A stretch of DNA of 63,981 nucleotides, the filler included, from Conidiobolus incongruus B7586 (Eukaryota): assembly GCA_000697335.1 (NCBI GenBank). It is 13 parts of 13 records of this genome, joined end to end, with 100 filler letters (N's around TTAATTAATTAA, not from the genome) between each part and the next. Parts side by side here need not be neighbours in the genome. Positions count along the whole stretch, not along the records: positions 1 to 3,025 come from JNEM01006255.1; positions 3,126 to 20,501 come from JNEM01006256.1; 11 more parts are not named here. One strand, 5' to 3'. The position numbers and the translations under genes are program-made. Below are positions 1-12,181 of the stretch, piece after piece (within the stretch, counting starts at the first letter, position 1; the number at the start of each line of letters is the position of its first letter). The notes under the pieces were generated by a model. It was not told the origin of the DNA, ran no database searches, and saw nothing but the letters and a program-made list of their open reading frames with translations.

Positions 1-460
1 ATTAATATTAACTATAAAAGTATTTAAAATTTAATAAGTTATAATATATCAATTATTCATAAAATTGACAAAATTTAATTACATTCAATTATGATAAAGG
101 ATTCTAATTTTGGAATATATCATAATAGCAAATATACGATATTAATAAAGTTCTGAATATTACTTACCAGAAAAAGTTTATAATTTAAACATTTTATTAT
201 CACAATAATTTCTAATTAATTGTGTTAAAAATGTTATAATTTTGCTCAATCATAGGTTTTATTAAAATATTGCTCAAATTAGGGATCTTTATTATCAATT
301 AATCAAGTTATTGTGTTGAAATAAAAGTGAATATATTATTATACAAATTAATCGAAAAATTGGCTTGAATTTGGATATAAGTTTTGTTATATACTTTTTT
401 AATGCTGTTTCCATGTTAAATAAATTTTTAAGTCTTCATAATATATTGGGTTCTACTTAT

Positions 461-762
461 TGCTAGTAGGATATTATTGATAGATAAGGGAGCGGTTTGC
501 TCGAGATTTTTTTGGTAGCTTAAGGTACTTTATTAGGGTTTAATGGGCTTCATAGAAGGCTGGAAGTGATAATAAAAATATATTTCGATAATGATTGTTT
601 AATAGACTACACATTGATCGTATTTAGTGTAAAGAAGTATATTAGGTCTTGAGAAAAATGAGACCTTAAAATGATGTGATGGGTATTCTGGGGTTATATT
701 TCCATAAGGTAACAGATGACCAGATGAAGTTTGTCGCGCGGGTTACCATCTGGGTAACCACA
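461..762 (-). repeat. Dispersed ~300-bp repeat, family A copy 1 (probable solo LTR)
   Basis: Collinear similarity to 17597-17914 (shared TGCTAGTA, AAGGGAGCGG, ATGGGCTTCA, GTGTAAAGAA, GTAACCACAATA). TG...CA ends; AATAAA on the minus strand. No clear TSD, so the boundaries are approximate. Confidence 0.6.
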
Positions 763-1591
763 ATATCATTCTTTAATTAAATTTTCAATAAATATTGAAA
801 AATTCAAAATTATTGCGAGAGTGTGTTTTGAAGAGGTATTGGTTTTTACTGATTCTTTTGTTACGATATAGTATAATATAATTATATTAGAAAAAGCTTA
901 AACTAAGCGGACATGTTTGTAGTGGAGGCATTTGTTCAAATACAATCTTGTTAGATTTAATATTCAATATTTTTAAATATTTTTGTTTAAAATTCTTTTT
1001 ATTATCAAATTAAACCAAAATTAATCAAAAAATGTATCAATGGTATATCAAATGTTTATTAATCAATTTTACATACTTTTAATTGGATAAAAGTTGATAA
1101 TCCTTCTACTCTTTTATATAATTGAGAATATATATAAAATTAGTTGATATATTAAATATTGAGTTTTCCAAAAATATATTAATAATAAGATTTGTTAACA
1201 ATCAATACATTTTATATCAGCGTTAAGAATTGAAAATAATATATTTGTACAATCTTGATTTTGGTCAATTTAATCACACTAATTGATTTAATAAAATATA
1301 GTTATAAATGAAGATATATATGATCAATACTACTAAATATTTAATAAATACTCATCATTAAATTAAAATATTTCAAATATTATAATATTGTGTTATATTA
1401 ATATTATGATAATCTTAAAATATTTGTAATTAATTTCAAATATACTAAAATTGGAAATAATTCATTTTGAAATTATAAATTCATTAATACTATTGAAATA
1501 AATTTGATTATTAAGTATATAATAAAGATTTTGTTTAATATAGCTATATCATTATAAAATAAAAAAATTAACAATAATTGAAAGTTCGAAA

Positions 1592-3025
1592 TTAAACTCT
1601 TCTAGATACATTAACTCGGAATCTCTTCTCTTCTGGTTTGTATAAAAATTTGAGGGTAGGAGTAAGTTCACTATCTACCAAATCAAAATTAAAATGTCTA
1701 ATCAGATTGGATAAGACCAAGTAAATTTCGTTCCAAGCTAGATCTCTTCCAATACAGGATCTAGGTCCTAAGCCAAATGTAAGTAATTTGGATCGGTTAG
1801 TTTCACGATCGTCTCCTAACCAACGATCTAAATTGAATTCTCTAGGGTTTTTCCAGAATGTAGGATCGTTGTGTTGAGTGTAGATATCTAATGTTATAAC
1901 AGTCTATAATGGGAAAAATTGATTAGTTAACTTGAATTGTAATAATAAATAGCAATTTACCTTTGGTGGGAGATAATGGCCATCAATAGTTAAACCGCCT
2001 TCAGGAACTACTCTGGGAAGGGCACCAGCAGCAACTGGATGCATTCTCATACTTTCCAAAATAGCAGCTCCTAAGTATTTAAGATCATTTTTCGCAGCGT
2101 CAACAGAGATGGGTTCATTGAGACTGGGGAAATGTTCCAAAATTTCATTAGCAACCAATTGATAGAGCTCTGGATGTTTAATCAATTCGTATAAAGTCCA
2201 GGTAAGAGTGTTGGCGGTAGTATCCATACCAGCAAACAAGAGTATTAAACATTCATCAACAATTTCTAAATCTGTCAAAGTAGCACCAGTTTTAGGATCT
2301 TTAGCATCGATCAAACTCTGCAAAATATCGTGTTGAACTTCCTTAGAGTTCTTACGTTGGCGAATGTTTTCAAGAATCATTGGTTTGAACAAAGTTTCCA
2401 TTGGATATTTGATGCGATTATAAAATGGAATCAAAGATCTTAAGAACATCATCTTTTGAGTTTTACCGAGTTGGTCAATATAGTATAATCCTTTCTTTTC
2501 GTCCCATGTAGTGTTTAATGTTTTACCGAATACTAATTCACTGATGACATCCAAAGTATTGCAATGGAAAAGATGGAAGAGATCGAATTCGCGATTGGGT
2601 TCTTTATCCATGAAGGAATCAAGGTATTGGACTAAGCTTTCACTACCAACTCTGTAAATAGTAGGTTCCATAGCACTTAAAGATTTGTTATTGAAAGCTG
2701 GTAAAATCAACTTCTTCATACCAACATGAAAATCTCTCTCAATAGTTGAAAACAAATTGGGTCCATTAATATCAAATACGGAATAAGTTGGAGCTTTTCC
2801 ATATTTATAAGTAAGATAATTCTTGCGACATGCCATATCATTGACAAGAACCATACTACTGGGCAAGAGGACTACTGGGCCATGCTTCTGAGTGAGTTCG
2901 AGGCTAGTGGTAGGGTTTCCTGTAGATCTATTATACCAATACTTGATATAGTAGGATATCACATTGCTATCAGGAGGTAGATTTCTTAAAGGACCGATAT
3001 AGAAAGGGTAGATGATTTTTGAGTA
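1592..3025 (-). CDS. Cytochrome P450, 5' end lost in an assembly gap; one intron (1904-1960)
   Basis: I-helix AGMDTT and K-helix ESMR. The spliced last exon gives the heme motif FGLGPRSCIG and ends RFRVNVSRRV*. The frame stays open upstream to the gap (YSKIIYPFYIGPLRNLPP). Confidence 0.95.
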
Positions 3026-3125
3026 NNNNNNNNNNNNNNNNNNNNNNNNNNNNNNNNNNNNNNNNNNNNTTAATTAATTAANNNNNNNNNNNNNNNNNNN
3101 NNNNNNNNNNNNNNNNNNNNNNNNN
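3026..3125. other. Assembly gap with artificial TTAATTAATTAA linker (same structure near 20502, 26993, 41426, 43216, 49207, 51582, 55270, 57029, 59080, 60696, 62437)
   Basis: Identical N-run/12-mer/N-run layout of ~100 nt, repeated 12 times. The linker encodes stops in all six frames. Confidence 0.97.
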
Positions 3126-3250
3126 TATTTGTATACTACAGCTATATTGTAATACTATATTCTATGTCATATTACTTTTATATTAAGTTTTCCTCTATAT
3201 TATATTGATATTTATTATTAATTAATTATAATATATTTAATGTTTACTTA
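3126..3250 (+). repeat. Decayed 3' fragment of the Ty3/Gypsy LTR
   Basis: Matches 48885-48960 (TACAGCTATATT...TTACTTTTATATTAAGTTTTCCTCTA). Confidence 0.75.
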
Positions 3251-3614
3251 TTTTAACATCATAAATATAATTAATTAAAATACTATTTTATAAAATTCTT
3301 TTATATAAATTTCAAATAATAGGTGTAATCAATTTTAAAATAATAAAACAATAACTATTCATATATTAAATAATAAATATCTTCAATTTTATATCAAAAT
3401 TAAAACAATGTGAAATATTTTAAATTAAGAACTTATTCTTATTTTTTACAAATTCTGAGGAAATATTGGATTAACTATTTTGAAAATTTTGTTTTAAGTC
3501 AAAAAATTAATTAATAATTTTATTATTAATGAAATCTATTCACCTGTTCTGTTCAATTGAGTAAATTTGAATATTTAATATTAATAATAATAGACGTACA
3601 AAAAATGAACTAAT

Positions 3615-3648
3615 AATTGGAATTGGAATTGGAATTGGAATTGAAATT
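3615..3648 (+). repeat. (AATTGG)n hexanucleotide microsatellite upstream of GDA1
   Basis: aattggaattggaattggaattggaattgaaatt. Confidence 0.85.
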
Positions 3649-3809
3649 TAAAGTATATTAGTAATTAGGCAAACAACGATCGGGAAAATATTTTCCCATT
3701 CACTCCCATTTTTTATCCATTTATTGATTAATATATAAATAGAAAAGAAAAGGATATGATCACTACATTATTTTAGATAATCAATTATTAATTAATAAAT
3801 TGCCTAGTC

Positions 3810-5219
3810 ATGTCATCAAATCATCAAGGCAACCAACCTAAATTACTCCCAAAGCAATCAAGCCCTGATTGGTTTAGGTATTTCATTCTGTTTGGGTTAG
3901 GTGCTCTATTTGCTTATATCCTACCACTGTTTACTAATAACTCCACTGATATAAACAAAGTTAAAAATACTGAAGTAACTAATCCCTTTCATACTTCAAC
4001 CAAATGCACCATTCCTGTAACTGGAAAGCCACTAGTCCAATATGCTCTTATTGTAGATGCCGGTAGTACTGGAAGCCGTATTCATGTATATAAGTTTAAT
4101 AACTGTGCTGAGACTCCTGAAGTTGAAGATGAGGTTTTTGTCCAAAATCAGCCAGGTTTATCATCTTACCAAGATGACCCTCACAAGGCTGCTGGAAGCT
4201 TAAAAGAGTTGCTAGATATTGCTGTTCAAAGTGTACCTAAAAGCTTACACCATTGTACACCTATCACTGTGAAAGCCACTGCTGGCTTAAGACTTTTGAA
4301 GGACAATAAAGACCAAGCTATTCTGAAAGCAGTTCATGAGTTATTGGACAAGGAATATCCATTTTTAGTAGTTGACAATGGAGTAGAGGTGATGGATGGA
4401 AAAGATGAGGGCATTTTTGCTTGGATCACTGTCAACTATTTGCTAAATAAGCTTGATGTGGATTCTAATCCTGATGAGACTGTTGCTACTTTGGACCTTG
4501 GAGGTGGAAGCACCCAGATTGTGCTAGAGCCAAGATTCTTGAATGACTATATCATGCACGATGATTATATTTACGTACAACAGTTTTCAGGACATACACA
4601 CACTTTATATCAACATTCATATCTCAAATATGGCCTCATGTCTGCAAGGCAACAGATTAAGCTCTTGGCCACCCAGAATCACACTGGAACAGAATTAAGC
4701 CACCCATGTTTAGCTTCCCAATACCAAGATAACTCTGTCGAAGGCTACACATTTGTTGGAAATTCTAACTTTAACGAATGCTTGGCTTTAGTAAGAGAAA
4801 TCTTCCCTAATGTGGACTGTGCCTATGACAGCTGCTCATTCAATGGAATATACCACCCTAATCTCAAGGAAACTTTTGAGAAAAATGATATTTATGCCTT
4901 TTCTTATTTTTATGATAGAACTCAACCATTTGGGCTTGGGGCTGAGTTTACATTGAGTGATATCCGTCAGTTAGCAGACAGAATTTGCTCCAATGATTTC
5001 GAGTATTTCAAGAATATCCAAGGAGCTGAACAAGAGTTGAAAGATAATCCTAATAGATGCCTGGATCTTACTTATATCTACTCATTACTTAGTGTTGGTT
5101 ATGGTTTAGAAGATAACAGGGTCATTAAAGTAGCCAAAAAAGTTAAAGGTTTCGAAACTGGATGGTGTTTAGGTGCTGCAATTTCGATTTTGGATTCAAA
5201 AGAATATTGTAGATTATAG
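3810..5219 (+). CDS. GDA1: Golgi guanosine diphosphatase, GDA1/CD39 NTPDase family
   Basis: N-terminal TM anchor; apyrase conserved regions DAGSTGSR, KATAGLRLL, GKDEG, DLGGGSTQ, GWCLG. Single 469-aa ORF. Confidence 0.95.
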   Translation: MSSNHQGNQPKLLPKQSSPDWFRYFILFGLGALFAYILPLFTNNSTDINKVKNTEVTNPFHTSTKCTIPVTGKPLVQYALIVDAGSTGSRIHVYKFNNCAETPEVEDEVFVQNQPGLSSYQDDPHKAAGSLKELLDIAVQSVPKSLHHCTPITVKATAGLRLLKDNKDQAILKAVHELLDKEYPFLVVDNGVEVMDGKDEGIFAWITVNYLLNKLDVDSNPDETVATLDLGGGSTQIVLEPRFLNDYIMHDDYIYVQQFSGHTHTLYQHSYLKYGLMSARQQIKLLATQNHTGTELSHPCLASQYQDNSVEGYTFVGNSNFNECLALVREIFPNVDCAYDSCSFNGIYHPNLKETFEKNDIYAFSYFYDRTQPFGLGAEFTLSDIRQLADRICSNDFEYFKNIQGAEQELKDNPNRCLDLTYIYSLLSVGYGLEDNRVIKVAKKVKGFETGWCLGAAISILDSKEYCRL

Positions 5220-5447
5220 ATGGCATCTTATATTTGTTCAGCATATAATATAATAGTAACTCGATTTATATTTAATTAAATCTAGAATTTTAGATTCAAT
5301 AAGCTCTTGGAGCTTCTAATAATTTAGTCATAATTAAAAAATTTTATTCCAATAAATTTATTGTAAAATTAAAAGATAAATATAAAAATTAAATATTGAA
5401 AATTTATAAATATTGATAAAGGAAGTAAAAAATGAAAATAAAAGAAT

Positions 5448-7044
5448 TTAGAGAACTGGCGATGAAACATGGTCTTCATTTTGGTGTGATCCATTCAATG
5501 ATACTTCAGTTGGATTGGTGTTGGGTTTATCATCAAAAGACTTCTTACATAATTCTAATACTTGTAAAATTGCAGTGTTAAAACATTGAAAATTATAATC
5601 TATCAAACCATGTTTTTCAAATGTTTCATTCCTCAAAAGACACACCAAGGCCAGAAATCTAAATTATTTGATTAGATGAAGCGAATAATATTTTTGTTGA
5701 ATTACTTGTTAATTTGTCTAAAATAAAGGACAAGCCCATTATTCAATTTGATGGATGAATAGGTGCCTTCTCTGTAATTCAGTTGCTTGTTTGAAGAGGG
5801 ATTTTGACTAGAAAAATTTGTGAATATTAGTTATAATTGTATATTAATAATATTACCCATAGATATAAGACATATCTACGACTACATCAATCATATCAGA
5901 ACAAATTTCGTAAGATTGAGTATCAACAGGAGAAGAATCAGTAGCTAAATAAACTTTACTAGCAATATCGAACAGATATGCCTTTTCAATTCCAGAGTTC
6001 TAAAAATTATTAGTTTGAAATAGATCAAATAAATTCAGTAATTACCGAGCATAAAGCATTTAACAAGTTTTCAAGATGAGCTAATTGACGAATCATCTTT
6101 TGAATCACCTTGGAAAAGGCCTCAAAAATGGAATGATCATAAATACTAGTTAAATGAAAGTTAATTGAGACATTTTCAATGCCCTCATCTGCAAGTTCAT
6201 CTGTAACTCTTTGTCGAATTTCTCTTTGAGTGTCTATCACGTCACGTTAAATCGTGATATCGTCTAATATGTGTAATCTTACCAATTTTGTAGTCATCAG
6301 ATAAACCATCAACCTTATGGATAAAGATCTCAAATTGGATATCGGGATTGACTTTATGAGCTCTAACAATAGTATCGTGAAGTTTACCTAATGTTTCCAC
6401 ATAATCGTCCTATTGCAAATCTTGATTAAACTGAAATTATGAATTGAATTATATCCAATTTACCTGAGCATCAATAACATAAACTAAAGCGCCAACTTGA
6501 CCAAATATCAAGTCAAGATCAAAGGTTGGATCAAAGAAATCAATCTGTCCAGGAAAATCCCAAACTTGAAAGTCTATAAAAGACCTGAGAAAATTTTAAT
6601 ACTGCGCACTTCTGAATAAAGGAAAAATTACAGACATTATATTATCTTTGATTACTTTAGATGTTGACTCCAAAAAAAGTGTTTCATTAGGTGCCATTTT
6701 ATGAAATACGACGCTTTGGATACTTGATTTTCCACTCCTGAAATGTTACGTCGAAATTACTGAATTATGAATAAAACAAAACTAACAATTAATACCTTCT
6801 TAAACCCATTAAAAGTAGTCTAGGTTGCGACTGACCAGGAGGTTTTGATAATTCCTGGTGAATAGAGTCATCTATTACGCTTTCATAATATTGAGTATAA
6901 ATACGTAATATATATAACATGATATTACCTTTGATTCATATAGTGATTATCGATGAATCCATCTTCTTCTTCATCATAATAATAATTCTAAAAGTAATTA
7001 ACTTTTGGATATTAATATTACAGAATAAACTAGCTTACAGCCAT
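5448..7044 (-). CDS. GTR2: Rag GTPase Gtr2/RagC-D, multi-exon
   Basis: Spliced translation gives [62 protein letters not shown]. First exon is ATG GCT at 7044. Confidence 0.95.
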
Positions 7045-8584
7045 AATTAACGAATTCAATAATAATATACTCTTGACCGACTAAGCAATTAAATAATACA
7101 CGGAAAGTCACATATATCATTATGCTGTCCCTAATTCTAATTTAAAAAATCATTTTTAGAAAAAAAATTATGGGACTTCAAATATATACAATCTTTTCTC
7201 CATAATATATGCAACAATCAAAGTTTTGCTTAATAATTATCAAATTCCAAATAACATCTAAATTTTAAAACTAATATTAGATCAATCAAATGAACAACTA
7301 GTTATAAATGTAAAAATTGGTATATAGTGATTCAAATTGTAATTCAATATTCCATAATTCGGCTCAATATATGAGAATATAAGCATATTATTTTTGATGA
7401 TAGTTTGAAATAATGTACTTTTTACTATTATAATCAAACAAATCATCTAAAAATATTAGCTAATATTTACAATACTTTATTGGCTACTAAATATAATATA
7501 GCTTTGATTAATAAACACCAGTATGTAACAGTTGACAGCTTAAATTTTGACTAATTTATTCGCGCTATAAATATTATAATCAATAAACTCTTTTGATTGA
7601 TTATATAATTAATAAACATTTCTTCTAAATATTCATAATAATAATTTTTGAACAATTTAAAGTTTGATTGAGAATGATAATTTCTATAATGTAATAAATT
7701 AAAAAAGTAATAATTGATTTTTATTTGGCTCATTATATAAAAATATCTCAATTGCTATAATGCCTCTATGAATTATATAACCTATGACTTAATTGTACTT
7801 CTTGATTCAATGGATACTGAAGTGTGCTACAAATATGTCGTAATTGCTCATATCGAAAAAAGGAAATTATTTTGCAGTGTATTTGAAATGCTATTAAGAG
7901 ATTATTTAATTTGATATAATACTAAGCATCATTATTATTTTTAAGGTGATATATATACTCTATTTACTAAAACAATTTTAAACATTATTCAAAAATATTA
8001 AACAAATTGACTTCAAGTTTTTTCAAGTGATATCAATTATAATTTTTTAGAATTACTGATAAATAAGAATCTACTCTTCTAGGTTAAAATTCCCAAATAA
8101 ATATATATTAACATTAAAGTCCTAATGTTTTATTCAATCAAGGAACACAGGTGATGATGATATGAATTCAAAATAGTAAGGAATTTGATGAAATATTAAA
8201 TATTTCGAATCGTCAATTAATGAACAGTAAATAAAATTTTGATAAAATTTGTATTAGAAATTTATTGTTAACAATTTGATGCATTCTTATCTCTCTTCAA
8301 ACTTTGAATTGTTGACTCAATGAACCAATCAAATGAAAATATTTTGAAAATTATTAAATAAGAAATTTAGTATGGATAATGATAAAGATTAGAATGAATT
8401 AAACCCTTATAAGCAAAAATCAAAATAAACATAATTTGTTGATTGATTAAATAAAAATTTTTAACTTGTAGAATTATTTTAATCAACTAATTCTTTCATC
8501 TTATTGATATCATCATACTAATATTATAGACTTTTTCATTTGTATTTTAATTCTATTTCATATATACTAATTCAACCATTTATA

Positions 8585-9991
8585 ATGCAGGTATAATTAA
8601 AAATAATTTTATTGATTTAATTAATTTAATTGTTTATTAAATTTATTATATAGAAATTTCAAAATGATCAAAATGATTCTCAATGCTACTGTAATGGTCC
8701 TATTGATCCGTAATTTTTAAATAATATCATGTTAATTATCAAACTAATTCTATAATTATATAGACTTGGGTTAGAAGCAATGCAGCAATGTCAAAATTGT
8801 CTTAAATACTTTCATTTCAACTGTTTAAAATCTTCGAATCGTCCTAAATTATGGCTGTTGAGTGATCGATTTTGGCAGCTAACTTGTGAGAATTGTAATT
8901 CAGAAGAACAAATGATTAGAATGAATTTAAGTTGGGTTCAATTGGTTCAACTGATATTATATAATTTAATCCAACACCATACTATTAAAAACACTCACCC
9001 TTCTCATCCTTTTGTAAATTCTGTATTAATTTCAGCTTCAAAATCATCTAATGTTAGAGGCGATCATGTTTATTTCCGTTGGAAAGAAGACATATGTAGA
9101 ATTATAGATCTGTATTGGAGCGAACTATGCCCTGATAGAGTTCGTTCTCCTACATGGAACAATACTGTTGCTAGCGCTCTTTCTACCAACTCTAAAATTT
9201 TCCTTTCGGGTTCTCAAATTTTTGACATTGGCGGTAAGTCAATTCAATTTAAATCATTTACGCTAAATTAATATATTATTTAGGATGGTGGAGCTTACAC
9301 CATTTACTCCCTCCTTCTCTAACTCGTAAGTTTTTTATTTTCACTTTTTATTATTATATTAATTAATTAAATTCTAGAAAAAACTTTGAAACGCGGCTTA
9401 GTACCAGCAAAGAACCCGATTCCAGTTACAAAGAAACCTGAACCTCCTACAAGAGTAAGATTATAACTTTATTTTAAATAATTTCATTTGCTCATGAATA
9501 TTTAGAAAATATCTCCTCTTACTTCTACCCCTATCAAAAAGACTCTACCATTAAAAAAATACTATATTGCTAAATCGAAAGATGGCCTATCTTCAGATAG
9601 TGACAATACATCTTCCGCCTCCAACTCTCCTTCAAACTTAGATTCTAAGCCATCTTCTAAATCTCATTCTCCTGTTAAGCGACCTAGCCCAGAAATTATT
9701 ACTAACAATAACAAAAAACCAGCTACTGAAAAATTAATAGATTACTCTAGTGATGAATCCAGCCTAACATCTTTAGACGATCTTGAATCTCCGGAAAGTT
9801 CATCTCAATCAACCGAATCATCCAGTCAATATAATCAATCACCATCCCCTCTAACGTCATCTCCTTCACCACAGTACTCTCATTTAAAAAGAGTATCAAA
9901 TCCTACTCCCCGTCTAACTCATCAAGGATTAGATAATCTGGTAGCCGAATTAGTAGGAATTTCCAATTATGGAAGCCAGATGAATGAATGA
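8585..9991 (+). CDS. KAT14/CSRP2BP(ATAC2)-like N-terminal PHD-type zinc finger plus winged-helix protein with Ser-rich tail; no GNAT domain seen
   Basis: Exons joined at GT-AG introns give CYC...QCQNCLKYFHFNC...CENC, then LSWVQLVQLILYNL, YFRWKEDIC, TWNNTVASALS, GWWSL. The last exon (9506-9991) is Ser/Pro-rich and ends at TGA. Confidence 0.75.
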
Positions 9992-10939
9992 TTGCTTTAA
10001 TCTACATATTTTTCACTTTACATTATTCTATTTATTTTAATGTTTTATTACTTCAATTGATTATATAATAAATTCAAGTTTATTGATGTTTTGTTTAAGT
10101 TTTAAAATATTACACTAATAATTAAATTTATTTTTTAACCAAATTATCAAACAATATAAATTGATCTATATTGAATTAAATATTTTAAATTACCGAAGTT
10201 AATTTTTGCAAAAAATGAGAATTGATTAGAGACTCAAGGTTAATTTCACGGAATATATAAATAGTTTAATATCTCAGATTGATTCAAAAATGAGTATTAG
10301 ATAAGAAAATCATTTAAGTAAAATAGTTTCAAGTGTTTTTTTAAATATTTCCAAGTGTTTACTTAAAGTAACATATTTAAGGAACCTTTAAATGTTATAA
10401 AATATATAATTGAATATATCAAAATTGATATGAGAAATGTAACCTCAACAAATATACATCAGCTATAATTGGTAATTCAAATTATAATATATTATGATAT
10501 AGGCAATATCTTGAATAGAATAATTAAATCGAAAATTCGTTAACTTTAATTCTATTTGTATTAATCGGATTGAAATTGAAAAATTATTTAAGGTATAATA
10601 AGCAAACAAAGCTAATAATGCAAGATTAAAAATTGCTGGTATGTTGAATTTTTATTGATTTAAATTCATTTTTTAATGATACGAAATGTTGATATTACCT
10701 TGGATGTTAAAACGATATATATATATACTTCGAAATTTATGGAAAGTTGATTTGAAACCATATTTGCATTAAAAATATCGCATGCCAAGTTAATATATGA
10801 ACAATGTGTATATAAAACATATGCTAAATCATAATATTTTAGATATGGCTGATTATTATATTAAAGTATATATATGTCAATATCGAGGAAAATATTTAAT
10901 ATAATATAGCTTAGGAAAATAAATTAATGATACTGAATA

Positions 10940-11816
10940 TTATAAAGTGAGAAATAAAAATATAATTCCTACAGCAATAATTGTATCCAATATAACAGTG
11001 TCTCTCTGCTGTTTATGACTTATTTTGGATAATAGCCCATTTAAACCAGGAATCAAATCTAAATTGTACTTTAAATTAAAAAAATAATTGGATGCATAAA
11101 TTTATTTTACTTGTTACTCTAGTCAATCTCCTAATAACACGGGTAATAGTATTTCTTTGATCATGCAAATCTGAATGAATTGTGTAAGCTTGACTAAGTT
11201 AAAAAAATTTTAATATTGAATTAAATGAAGTCAAATCATATACTTTAAAGCATTTTCAGTCATTTAATATGAGCTATCTAATCTTTGTTGTTCAGATAAG
11301 AAATATTGCGCTTCAGAACTAGGCTCGGAATCGAAATTCTGTCTAAAGCGATAAATAATTGAAATTTAAAAAGTCAAAATATGAAAAATTACCCCGCGTT
11401 TTGAAGTAGCTGATGACGATTTCTTTGAGAATTCAAATTTATCTGTACTTTTATCTGTACTTTAGCCAAATTAAATAATAAATCTCTATGCCTTTGAAGA
11501 CCCCTCAACATTAAAGTCGTAGGTCTTGGCTCTTGAGTTTCAGCTAATACAATATGTTGATCAATAGGATAAATATATGTGAGTAGCTAAATACCCCTTC
11601 GATATTAGTATTAACATCGCTATTAAGCTTATTAATGTTCTCTTGAAAAGGATCAGATTGAAAAAGAATTAAAATATTTCTTAATTGAGAGTCTATTTAA
11701 CTTTGAAGCTTTTTTGCTTCTTTTGATAATTGATCCCAATTAGAGCTATTAGGTGACTGGAATGATAATTGATTAATAAATGATTTGTATAGTATTGATA
11801 ATTAACTTACACACAT
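10940..11816 (-). pseudogene. GOS1: Golgi SNARE GOS1/GOSR1 pseudogene with introns retained
   Basis: Exons encode NWDQLSKEAKKLQS*IDSQL, LQRHRDLL, YFLSEQQRLDSSY*M, DLHDQR and IPGLNGLLSKISHKQQRDTVIL followed by a TM tail. In-frame TAA at 11697-11699 and 11264-11266; phase mismatch after exon 2. Confidence 0.85.
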
Positions 11817-12181
11817 GTTAAGAATCTGAATAAATTTATATATTTTATTTAATAAGTAATAATCATATTAAATATTATCAGTCACATATAAAAAATTTGG
11901 AATTAAAATTATGGGATATGATAATATCTATTAAAATCAATCATATGTATAAATTTGTGTTACATATTATACACTCTATATTCGAAATTTTAATAATTCG
12001 TTAATTATTTATTGAAAAATACCATGAGAAGATTAATTAAATATAATGCTTGGAAACCAACATAGCCAATTAAAGTACAAGTTTATTATTCTATTATTTT
12101 ACAGCGAATATCTAAAACGTCATGATTGACCTTAGAGGCATAGTCTTTTACTAAAAATCTATTGACACAATCTATATACCA

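Noticed and set aside
3070..3082. Recurring TTAATTAATTAA between N runs as a biological repeat or CRISPR-like array
   Set aside because: Always centred in a fixed-size gap; it is an assembly linker.
11264..11699. TAA reassigned to Gln (alternative genetic code), suggested by in-frame TAAs in GOS1 and the TEs
   Set aside because: TAA is the normal terminator of the P450, ERV14, CIA1, ValRS and LAT1 genes. Intact genes have no internal TAA, and GOS1 also has a frame defect.
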